A DNA stretch of 64,000 bases from Sarea resinae (taxonomy: Eukaryota), in NCBI GenBank assembly GCA_026026165.1, contig JAPEUD010000005.1, forward strand, positions 496,001 through 560,000, read 5' to 3'. The notes under the pieces are model-generated. The model was not told the origin of the DNA, did not search any database, and saw nothing but the letters and a program-made list of their open reading frames with translations. Of the stretch, positions 53,859 through 64,000 are shown piece by piece. The position numbers and the translations under genes are program-made. Numbering within the stretch: position 1 is the first letter of the stretch; each line of letters begins with the position of its first letter.

Positions 53859-56232
53859 ATGAACCCGTCAAACTTCACTTTTCCGCCGCCTCCGCCGCCT
53901 CCTCCGAAGGCTGCTGCTTCAGGGTTTAGCGGGGGTGTTCCCTTCGTGCCGAATACTGGATATGCTGCACGAGGGTCTCGTGGTGGAGCTCCCAGAGGGC
54001 GCGGTCGTGGAAGTGGTGGACGGAATGTGAGAGATGGCCGTCAGTTCAGTGCAAGTTCCCATGGCCCTCCGCAATACGGCTTTCAAGGTCCGTCGCCAAA
54101 CGGCTTTCAGAATGAACATCATTCACAAAGGTCGGGCCCATACTCAGGCCCTCCTTTTCCGCAAGTCCCACAACTTCCTCCAAATTCACAACCCGCGTCA
54201 TACCCTCCACCACAACCTTACTACGGTCAAGCAGCACCTGTAGGAGCACCAAGCGGCCGTCCCCCGTTCGAGACTTCTTTTGGTCCAGGACCTAGATCTT
54301 CTCCCTACAATCCGGTCCCACAGCAGGTTTCAACGTTTGCAAATAACTATGCTCCGTCAGCTTGGATGCCTCCTCCACATACACAGCCGTACCCCCAACC
54401 ACCAGTGATGGGACCACCGATAAGGATGGGCTTCGATAGAGATCATCTCCCGGACGGCATACTCCGACAAACTGGCCAATTTACACAGACTCCTCCGAAC
54501 CCGTTCCCAGGACACCATAGTGACCAACCACCAGCAAAAAGAAGGCGTGGTCAGTCCAGTACATCTCACACATCACCCAGATTGGTGAGACCAGCAGCTG
54601 CGCCTGCTGTTCCAAGTTTCGGTCTCCCACTGCCTGCGAAGCCTCCAGAAACGAAGAACAAAAGAAAAAAGAAACGAAATTACAATCTGCTTGGTCTGAC
54701 ACCACGAACCGAAGAACATGAGGAGAGTGAGGAGGAAGAAATGGACGAGGAGGCGGCTTTTGCCAGCAGGGAACAGAAAGAGTATGCTTATCTCGCACTC
54801 AAGTTATACTTATATTGATACCCTTTACTATAGACTTCAAATCACATACAAGGGCCAAACTGCCACGCTCAGCAACGACGCCGACCTAGCAGCCTGGATT
54901 GAAGAGCGCAAGAAGCGATTCCCTACCAAAGCACGGATCGAAGCCAAAAAGGCCGAACTCAAACAACGCCTGGAAGAAACCAATTCTAGAAAGAAAAACT
55001 ACCTCAAAGGCGTCGATAAGCAACGAAAAGACAAAATGCCCCCTAATCAAGCTTCCGTTCTTAATGCAAAGGCCCAAGCCTTCAGAGAAAGACGCAAAAC
55101 AAAGAAACGAGAGAACCGCGAGCGTGTCAATGCCTTGCTTGGCGAAGTCGAAGACTCACTCAACGCAACTACTGCAACTCATACAGTAGGCGAGAAGCGA
55201 AAACGGACAGCTTCCGTCGGCAAAGCCGCTCTCGACGACGACGCGACCTCCTCATCAGGATCCTCCTTCAATGAAGACTCAGCGTCCAGCGGAGGTGACG
55301 AGGACTCCGCATCTTCCGACTCCGAACCAGAGGAATCCTCCACCCGCCGCAGTGCTCCCGAAAAAGTACCACCACCCAAACGCGAAAAACGTGGCCAGGT
55401 TTGCCGTCAGTTTCTACAAAAGGGCTTCTGTGCACGGGAACGTGGAGGAAAGCATTGCCCTTTTCTACATGAGTTACCCGGGCGAGGTAACAAGGACAGG
55501 GAGAGAAATCGAGATAAGACAAACAACACCATGGAGACGAATCTGAATGGTAGTGTTGGCGGCGACAAGGGAAGGGCAGGAAAGAAAGTGAGGCCTAATC
55601 AGGCTCAGAGGAAACGGCTCTATCAACGTGTATGTCCCGCCCCTGGGCATTTTCATCTCTCTGCTGTATGATGATTTTTGCACTTACTGACTGGTTCGAT
55701 CTGGATTCAGCTCCTTGATGTCGACATCGAAAAAGACAACCTGCGCGTTCTACAAGCTATCAGATATCTCGCAGAACATGGCGTACTAGAAGCTCAATCT
55801 GAGGATAGTCTGGAGCCAAGAGGCGATCAAAAGGAAAACGAGGCAACATCGAAAGATGACCCTGCTCCGAGCTTGGTCGAGCCGGTCACCACGACTATGA
55901 ACAGTTCCATGACGGCCGAAGATGCAGCTCGGAAATCCTCCGATGGGTCCTCTCTCCATTCCACCAATGAACCTGATCTACAGCATTCGGTCTCGTCTTC
56001 ACCTCCGCCTGCGCCTGATCCCACCCCGGCTCCCGCTGTTACTTTCACCTCTCATCCCAATTTTCTCGCCACCGCCATCGCGTCTGACACGTCCCCTTCT
56101 ACCTTTAGATCGACATCCGGCCCTTCTCCCACTCTTGATTCTACCCCTACTTTTCCTTCACATTCTACATCTCCAAGCGATCTTCCAGCCTCCTCAGCAC
56201 CAGGATCGGCGCCTTCACCACATACGGCATAG
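53859..56232 (+). CDS. NUFIP1/Rsa1-domain protein with a CCCH zinc finger (box C/D snoRNP assembly factor-like)
   Basis: Pro/Gly-rich N-terminus; LQITYKGQTATLSNDADLAAWIEERKKRFPTKARIE (NUFIP1-like); CRQFLQKGFC...HCPFLH; RLYQR|LLDVDIEKDNLRVLQAIRYL; introns 54782-54833 and 55630-55710. Confidence 0.82.
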
Positions 56233-56559
56233 GTACTTCTACGCCTTGCTGCGATCTCAAATACCAGCATATATATCTCCGTCTTTGCCTCCTATCCTTT
56301 GTTTAGCATAACCAGAGCACATATTCATTTTTATCTGTATCTTTATCTCACCGTAGCCTCTCGATTGTAGGTTTAGTGCAAAATGCAGCGATTAGGAATC
56401 CCTCAGTCAGAGTCAATCAAATAGTGGAAATAGCATATCTTACTTTCATCCTCTCTTAGGCAGCTTTTCGGGATCGAGCCATGTATACTTGTGTCCGAAA
56501 TCTTGTGATATCTCGTTCCAATCTTGAATATCGTTGTCGATTCATTTGCTTCTCGGTCC

Positions 56560-58145
56560 GGATATTCACCCCTCGGCCTCCCTCCCCGGACCCCGGCTCT
56601 TCTTATTTCGAACAAAATTCGTCGAACGTCTCAGAGCCAACACGTCGCGTCTCCCCAATAGCTTCTAGATAGACTGTTTACTTCCTCGAGGATTCTGATT
56701 GGCTCCGATATAAATCAAAACATACAGATAAGCACCTGATAAGCAGCCGCGTCACGCTGATAATCGGATATTCATAGTACCTTATACACTCATACTTGTG
56801 GTGCATGATTTTGGAAACTAATGTCTGGAATCCCGAGTGCTATATTCACTGGCGACTCTTTGCCTCCTATCACCTACTTCTGCATTTCGAACAAAAATCG
56901 TCGAACGTCTCAGTGCCATCACGTCGCGTCTCCCCGACGAGCGTCTTTTGCCTGCCTGCTTCTTCTTGGTCTCCCATTGGCTGCGATACCAGATCAAAAC
57001 AAAGCGATAAGAAACCCATTTCACGTACGCGTGCCGTGGTTTGGCATTCACCACCCGCAAGATGCCTTCACCATTACGGCGCGCCTCTTCTTATTTCGAG
57101 CCAAAAATCGTCGAACGTCTCAGGCCCTCCGCGTCGCGTCTCCCCAGCGGCGTCTGGGTCGACTGTTTACACCTTCTCGAACACTGATTGGTCTGTTGGC
57201 TTCATCAAAACAAACCGATAAGCGGTCGCGTCACGTTGATAAGGGATCGAATCTTTTCATTGAATTCTTATGATAGGCTGGAATCCCGTGGCTTTTGATG
57301 CTTTTAGAGGTTCACGTACTACCCAGGTGCTTTATGCACGAGGTTTATGATTTCGAATCTTATATTCATAAACGGCCCCCTTCTTGATGACGGGACCCAC
57401 TCATTTGATGACCCGCCCCTTTTTCTGAATTTCAAGCAAGAACCGTCGAACGTCTCAGACGTAAACCTGTCGCATCTCCTCAACCCCGCCTATAAAGACC
57501 CAAAATCCCCTGGGGCCTCTGATTCATTTTTCACGCCTGACCAGAATCAACGGACACCTACCTACCTAAGCAGCCCCATCACGTTAGAAAAAGACTAACC
57601 ATGATTGTAGGTGGGAAGCAGAAGCAAGCCCCAGATCAGGGTATCTCCTAGTGAGGGACTATCCAGGTATTCATTCGCACATTCACTCCCTGCGAAAATC
57701 TACCATCTGACCAGCCTCCGGTATTTTGAGCAAAAAATCGTCGAACGTCTCAGCCAGACTCGGCGCGTCTCCCCAGAACCTCGTTCTACACCGTTGACCT
57801 CTCCTAGAGCTCTGATTGGCTTACCAGCAGCTGAACACAACAAAGGGATAAGAAAATCACGTCACGCTGATAAGAAAGCAGTTAGGCATAGAATTGAATC
57901 ATGCCTTACGCACCTGGGGGTGTGAATGATATCTCCTAGGTGCACCTGCGAGTGAGGTGATCCATTTCGGGACTCACCACTTTCCGCGCCCATTTTTGAT
58001 GGCGACCAATTAGGTCGGCTTTGGCGTTGACTCATTTCAGGCCCATTATCGTCGAACGTCTCAAGCAGGTCCGGCGCGTCTCCCCGGCGGAGGCTTTACC
58101 TCTTCGAACGCCGGAGCAAAACAAACAATCGCGTCGCGTCCCCTT
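56560..58145. repeat. Array of six degenerate ~210-335 bp non-coding units with invariant CGTCGAACGTCTCA core
   Basis: Core starts at 56620, 56899, 57109, 57444, 57739 and 58050. Each is followed 11-13 nt later by CGCGTCTCCCC (variant in unit 4), then by CTGATTGG, CAAAACAAA..GATAAG and TCACG..GATAA blocks, variably degenerate. Confidence 0.95.
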
Positions 58146-58703
58146 CACCGAGAGTGGGACTGTTCGTCGCCATGACAGGTCTCGATTCTTTGGGAACAAG
58201 GAATATATATAGCTTACCTTTATGGGATCTTTGGAAATGGTTGCTATATTCATAGATCGTGTTTACGATGCAGGCCCAAATGATCTGCCTCATCACTTAT
58301 AGGGTATCACTGATCAAAACATCGGAGGAATTCTACCATATAGACCTGTTTGATTGCTGCGTTTAGTATTTTTGTGTCTGTGGACACTTATGCTCTAGAT
58401 CTCTAGTCATGCGGACCCGACCTTGACCCGACTTTTCATTTTGCTATCCGCGCGTGTGTATTTCATTAAACAGCAAAAGGTAAGATCCGAAATATTCGTT
58501 GATATCGTTATTGTGTAGCTGATCGTACTGCAAGAAGATGACTGAGCTTCCCGGGAGCGGATTCGTTTTCTCGTTTCCTCAACCCCATCTGTTTGAGGTC
58601 ATTCGATAACCCTTCAGAGCCAGCACGAACTTTCTGCATCGGCCTGTATACTGTTCCCCTATTGAATAGGAGAGAATTGCCGTATCTTTCCACCCAGCTA
58701 GGC

Positions 58704-60576
58704 TTATGCCAGTCGAGCAGCCACAGCTCTCAACTTCTTCCATTCCGGCTCCAGGTCTTGGTCGCCCACGCTCTTGCCATCACCCCTAGACATATCCACG
58801 CGCACCTCATTTGATTTCCCCCTCACCATCCGCGCAAACGCACTAACCTCACCATGGCTCTTCCCCATATTTCCTTCGACCTCTCTCAAAAGACCCCAAA
58901 CAACTTTGCCGTAATCGATTTCGAACGCTTTTAATTCGTCTACTTGGTCCGGCTGCTCGACAGAGAGACCAGCAACGTGTAAAATCAAAATTGCGAGCGT
59001 CCAATTATGCACCACGCGCACGGGATGGAAGCTCTGCGGAAAAAGCACGGGATCAATGTAGAAGTAAATGAATAACATGTGTCCCAGGGCTTGTGTCCAA
59101 TTCCCCGTGGAGATACACGCGATGGCGTATTGTTGGCGTATTGACGGCCAGGGTTGGCGATATATGGGCCAAAAGCTGGACGAGCCAGAGAAGAGACGTA
59201 AGCCTGACGCCAGACGGAAGTGTAATTCTTCGTTGTCAAGGACATGTTTGGCCGATTCCAAGGTAGAGAAGCCGGCAGCTTCGGTGGCGCGGACGAGAGC
59301 GCTGTCTGGACCTACGTCGGGTTCCGAGTCTGAGTCTTCCTCGTCGGGAGCTGGTGTGAGTATAGCATCTTCCTTGCCACTAGTGCCCTTTTTGCATTTG
59401 GCACAGGTGCAAGTAAAGAAATAGCGGTCTTTAAGATCGGACTGGCGACGCGCAAATGGATTGGTGCAGTCGATGTAGGAAATGCTGACTTCTTCGTCCT
59501 TGGCGAGGGGTCTGAGGGTGCGGACGTAGAGGCAAGGGCCGTCAAAGGTGACGACGGAATTATAATCGCAGGAGTGATTGATGGATGCTGCGAGTGGATC
59601 GACGCAGATGCCTATTGGGTCGAAGGTTGGGGTGACGAGGGTTAGGCTGTTCGTCAAGATCTAGACATGAAGTCAGTCTCTGCTTTTGATAAGAACGGAA
59701 AATTGAGTACTCGGCCCATCATTGCCTGGACATGAGCTTCGGACATGTCGGTCCCAGAGTACATCTGGGCGCCTTTGCTCATTAGAATCAAATTCTCCCA
59801 TTTCTCACCGCCAGCCCGACGGAAGTCGTAGGTATGATCTTGCAGCTTTTCAAATGCCGCCCACCATTCTCCCGATAGGCCCTTCTTTTGAAGTAAGAGG
59901 AGCTGGATGACGCCACGAACAGCAGTTGGCAAGACATTCGGATGGAGTCGGGCGAAGAGCTTGCACTCATGTTTATGATGGCTTTTCCATGCCTGGGTTT
60001 GGCAATCCTGAAGTATAGATCAGAGAGGGTCTTCGCATAATGAAAGCATGTTGAACAGGAATGTCGCAGTTGTCTTTCTTCAGCAGAATAACCAATACAC
60101 GAAATGCAGATGCTCTAATAAAATAGATATATTTGAGGTTTTAAAGTCATCTATTGCGTCGCTGTAGGTCTTAGACTTGACGAAGTGTGATTTGGAACAA
60201 TAACAAGAAACGATGCCACAAGTTCACTATCTGCACCAATACCGTTGAGGTGCAGCATATGCAGAACAAAAAGGCAATGATCATAACATAGTGAGCTCAC
60301 CTTGCTACAATAACCCACCACCCGACATCCAGTGCACGTCTTCAACGTCACGTCATCGAGATGATGGCCGCGGCTCCCAATGGCCGACCTAGGCAACCAC
60401 GCGAAGCAATTAGAGCATGTCTCTTTCAGACGGGCAGAGTCCGGGATCACAAGCAACGGCCGCGCTATGGACAGAACAACCTCGCCAGGCGCGAGGTCTC
60501 TAGACGCAAAGAGGCCGGCGCCGGTGCCTGGGGAGGGAGCCCTGTAAGTGTTGCAGGTGTCCGGGGCGGGTTCCAT
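58704..60576 (-). CDS. SET and MYND domain (SMYD-type) lysine methyltransferase
   Basis: GAGLFASRDLAPGEVV; MYND CSNC...CTGCRVVGYCSK|DCQTQAWKSHHKHEC; SET motif ASINHSCDYN; EEVSISYID; post-SET YFFTCTCAKC. Confidence 0.93.
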
Positions 60577-60719
60577 CGCAGTACATAGTAATATGCTAGA
60601 ATGTTGGGCTTCCAATGCCACCAGAGCTATTGAGGAGATCTAAGGTAGTATTCCGTGCGTCATAATACTAGCCGAGATGGCATAGACGACGGATGATCTT
60701 TTGGGGGTTATTGGAGGTA

Positions 60720-60862
60720 GAAGGCAAAAGGCAAAAGGCAAAAGGCAAAGGCGAAAGGTAATTCGAGGATTCCTCCCTCGGGCAGCAGCAGGTTATGACG
60801 GCCGCGTTGGTGTTCGGTGTTTGACATGGAACCATGGCCTCGATGGCCTCGATGGCCTCGAT
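60720..60862. repeat. Short tandem repeats (AAAAGGC)n and (ATGGCCTCG)3 upstream of the SET-MYND gene
   Basis: aaggcaaaaggcaaaaggcaaaaggcaaaggc; atggcctcgatggcctcgatggcctcgatg. Confidence 0.85.
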
Positions 60863-62156
60863 GCTCGCGTACCTTAGGCAGTATCCAAGCTACGAAGTAC
60901 AGAGTAAGGTACGAAGTACGGATTCGACGACGGTACGGTACGCGGGAGGTAGGGTAACACAGAGTTGCACTCACGTGGGGTCGGCAAGACGATGGGCAGG
61001 CAAGGGTCCAATGGCCAAAATCTGGGGTAGGAGAAGATGGAAAGGAGAGAAGACGATCTTAGGATGATGGATGGAGAACAAGCTTCAGAAGGCCTGAATG
61101 AAGTCGAAGCAAGACTTCCATAGGTTGGCCGCCCATCGGATGATCGATGCGGCCCCGCCAGGCCTTCTAGCAGCGTGCTGCCAAGTCGAGGCCATGGTTG
61201 GCGAAGCCTCAAACGGCGATGCAGTACTAGTAGTAACCGAGACAACTGAATCCCGCCCGTTCGTATTGCCTATGCTGGCTTGAAACTGACAGCCCTGGAG
61301 GTGGGATTCGACTTTGATAGTGGATGATTCTCATTGTCTCTCTCATCGAGCAACGGAGAAAGAAGAGCGAAGACAAACGAATACGAGGACTTGCCCGTCG
61401 TAATCATGTGCTTTGTTGACTCCTTTGTTGATAAACCGAATGAGTCGAAAATAGATTACTCCTTTGACGCTTACGAGCTTGGCAGCGCTCTTCCTCATCT
61501 CGTTTGGACACGGTGACATCGCCTTATGGGCTAATCTGCTTTGTCCCGCAGCCTGCCTGGTCTGGGGCGGTGGACGGTGGCGGGCTGGGCGGGGAGCTAA
61601 TGCATCATCCGGGGTCCAAGGTCGCTCCTGCTTGGTTGCTTCATTGTTTACCGCCCCTGGATCACAACAGCCATGCCCCTAGTTAATCTCAAAGGCTGGA
61701 GCCCGAATGCGCACTTCTTCTCTTTGCCCTCGCCCTCGCCCATCTCTCGTCTGTGTCACGCAATACTTCATAGTTATCAACCAACCATTCACATCATCAA
61801 CATCGTATCAGCCAACCATTCCCCAACTCGCATGCACGCACACTCTTACTCGTACTACTACTCAACCCCAGTCATATTCCCGGTCACGCCCCTTGTCGCC
61901 TCCCCAGTCTCCTTTGACGGCCCCCAAAGCCATCTAGAATAAGTTCGTGAGTCGTCCGGCCTCTTTTCCTTTTCTTGCGCGCCCTGCCTTCTCGTTCTTT
62001 TACCATCAAAACACCAGTCACTCGCTCAAGAAACAAGCAAAGGAAACTCGACGCTCACAGCATCAAACCGTCTTTACAACAACAGGATCATCATCGACGA
62101 CCGTGCAAGCAATCAATTCGTCACATACCAAATTTTAATCCAAAAGACTCGACGAG

Positions 62157-62936
62157 ATGCATTTCTTCAAGACTCTTCTTCTCGGTGCTACGGCCCTCGC
62201 TGGTCTGGTTTCCGCCCAGCAGGCCTCGCTGCAGCTCACCTCGTTTCCCAAGTCCGTGACGGCTGGGTCTCCCTCGACTCTCACCTGGACTGGTGGTGAT
62301 GCCTCTGTAGGTGCAGGCTGGCGGAACTATCGAAGCAATGTCTGCTAATGATTGAGTAGTCGCCCGTTACCATCACCCTCCGAAAGGGCAACCCGCTCGA
62401 CCTCCAGACTGTCTCTGTCTTGACCGGTAAGTACTTTCTTCGACGCGTCAGGAATCGAAAAGCTTGCACCACTTGATGTTCTCCGTACTGACTGTCCCTC
62501 TCCAACAGACTCTGCCATTGGCGGTTCCTATATCTGGACCCCAAGCTCTTCTCTCCCGAGCGCCAGTGACTATGCTTTCATGATCACCCAGGGCTCCGCG
62601 GTCAACTATGGTGGCCCCGTCGCCTTGACCGGTAGTAGCTTGGTGTCTAGTTCGGCCAACTCCACCGCGACCTCGACTTCGTCCAACTCGACCATCACGA
62701 GCGCGCCTGCATTCACTGGTACCGCCATCTCAGCATCGGCTTCAGGATCCTCCTTCACCACCAATGGCACCGTGTCCATCGCCACTCTGAAGCCCTCTGC
62801 CAGCAGCCTCTATGTCAGCGCGACTGGCTCCAGCGGGTCTATCCCGACCACAGCGCCAAGCAGCGGTGCGGCCGGCATTGCCAGCCCCATCGCATTGGTC
62901 CTCAGCGCGGTGGTGGCTCTCTGCTACCTGAACTAG
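62157..62936 (+). CDS. Secreted GPI-anchored Ser/Thr-rich cell-wall protein (Kre9/Knh1-N-like domain)
   Basis: Signal peptide MHFFKTLLLGATALAGLVSA; TLTWTGGDAS|..VTITLRKGNP..|..SYIWTPSSSLPSASDYAFMITQG; S/T-rich stalk; hydrophobic GPI signal SSGAAGIASPIALVLSAVVALCYLN. Confidence 0.9.
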
Positions 62937-63722
62937 AAGCGTTCACTTGGTGAGACAGGACATGTCTGTCTTCTCGTCAAGTTTCATTTCTCGCGGCACG
63001 GAAAATAGGGTCAGTCAAGATGGGGAAGGAATTCAATCAATCGTTTGCTCCCACAGTCTCCGTCGAGGGAACATGGGGCGAAGCAAAAGGTTGCATTCCT
63101 GGCGCATAAGGCACAGATCCGGTCGGCACTGTATTAATTCTTCTTTCACTTCTCGCCCGCTCGAGGCCATTCTTTTCGACGCTCTGCATAGTCTTTCTGC
63201 ATAGCCACGTTCGTGTACGTACATTTGATGCCGAATGCAAAATCATGGTGATGGCCGTTTCGTGTGGATGATGCGAGGACATGAGATTCGGTTTGGTTGG
63301 CGGACGGGAAATAAGCTCAGGAATAGAGTGATGAGTAAGGATGCGTGGATGGATGAACGATGATTGATCCAATGCCACTCACTGCCCACTTGTGCAGGTC
63401 AATGCAACCTCCAAGCCCGGCTCGGTGGAGGGGCGAGTCTTTGTAGGTATGGTACCTTGTGGCGCAAAGACTGGCTGCAGGTACGAAGACATTCCATCTT
63501 CCGGTTCCTGACTAACCCCTCTGGGACGGCGGTCTCAGGGGTCCGCAGCAAGCAATTTCCCATTCGGTCCTCGACGCAACTCTTTAGTGCTCTTGTGCAG
63601 CACATTGGATGGTACAATGGTGTACTTATACTATGTAGAGTAGTCCCCAACGGATAGATGCAGTGCCGAGCAGGTCCCATGCCCCTCCGTTCGTCGATCT
63701 GAACAGAGCCGAGATCAAGCAA

Positions 63723-63827
63723 TCTCGCTCATCTCGCTCATCTCGCTCCCGTCGTCTCGTTCGTCTCGACCACCTCGACTCTTCTCCAGCTGCACTTCTG
63801 CACTTCTGCACTTCTGCACTTCTGCAC
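63723..63827. repeat. Short tandem repeats (TCTCGCTCA)~3 and (CTGCACTT)4-5
   Basis: Read directly from the sequence. Confidence 0.85.
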
Positions 63828-64000
63828 GCTGCTTTCATAAGGTGCTTGGCGTGGTCAGTACCGTGTATACTCAGAGCACACAGCAGAGTAGGTAAGGTGC
63901 TTTTGCCACCGCAAGTCCCGGATGGACAGAGAGACGGCGCCGACGCCAATGGAAAGCGTCACGAGCAGTGAAGGATCGTAGTCCGTAGTTCTCGCTCCTT

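Noticed and set aside
56560..58145. CRISPR array interpretation of the six-unit repeat
   Set aside because: Eukaryotic context, 210-335 bp period, inter-core sequences are mutually homologous rather than unique spacers, and no cas-like genes nearby.
56481..58212. Small ORFs with repeated SSNVS/RRVSP peptides as a repeat protein
   Set aside because: Frame between blocks differs among units, stops intervene, and no consistent splice sites are evident; the peptides are by-products of the DNA repeat.

Overview
Intron-rich filamentous ascomycete (Pezizomycotina) chromosomal segment with about 20 protein-coding genes, mostly housekeeping. In order: an MFS transporter, an NTF2-like protein, a GAF-domain protein, an F-box/LRR-like protein, a Zn2Cys6 transcription factor, ATP1, a DUF962/Mpo1-like protein, RPB7, dipeptidyl aminopeptidase B, a GH92 alpha-mannosidase, NAD(P)HX dehydratase, SPT2, RPP2, RPS15, cystathionine gamma-lyase, RPC25, a NUFIP1/Rsa1-like CCCH protein, a SET-MYND protein and a GPI-anchored Ser/Thr-rich protein. 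Three regions are not explained by these genes. (1) A non-coding array of six degenerate ~210-335 bp units at 56.55-58.15 kb, between two convergent genes. Each unit carries an invariant CGTCGAACGTCTCA core followed by CGCGTCTCCCC, CCAAT, GATA and TCACG blocks at near-fixed spacing; this is the best candidate for an undescribed element. (2) A ~13 kb decayed accessory island at 36.4-49.9 kb, with a DHA1 drug transporter broken by an in-frame TAA and several stop-riddled gene relics. (3) A TpA-rich microsatellite island at 8.65-9.9 kb whose flanking genes both end in homopolymer tracts. No tRNA, rRNA, CRISPR array or intact transposon was recognised. All exon boundaries were read by eye and family names come from motif recognition, not database searches.
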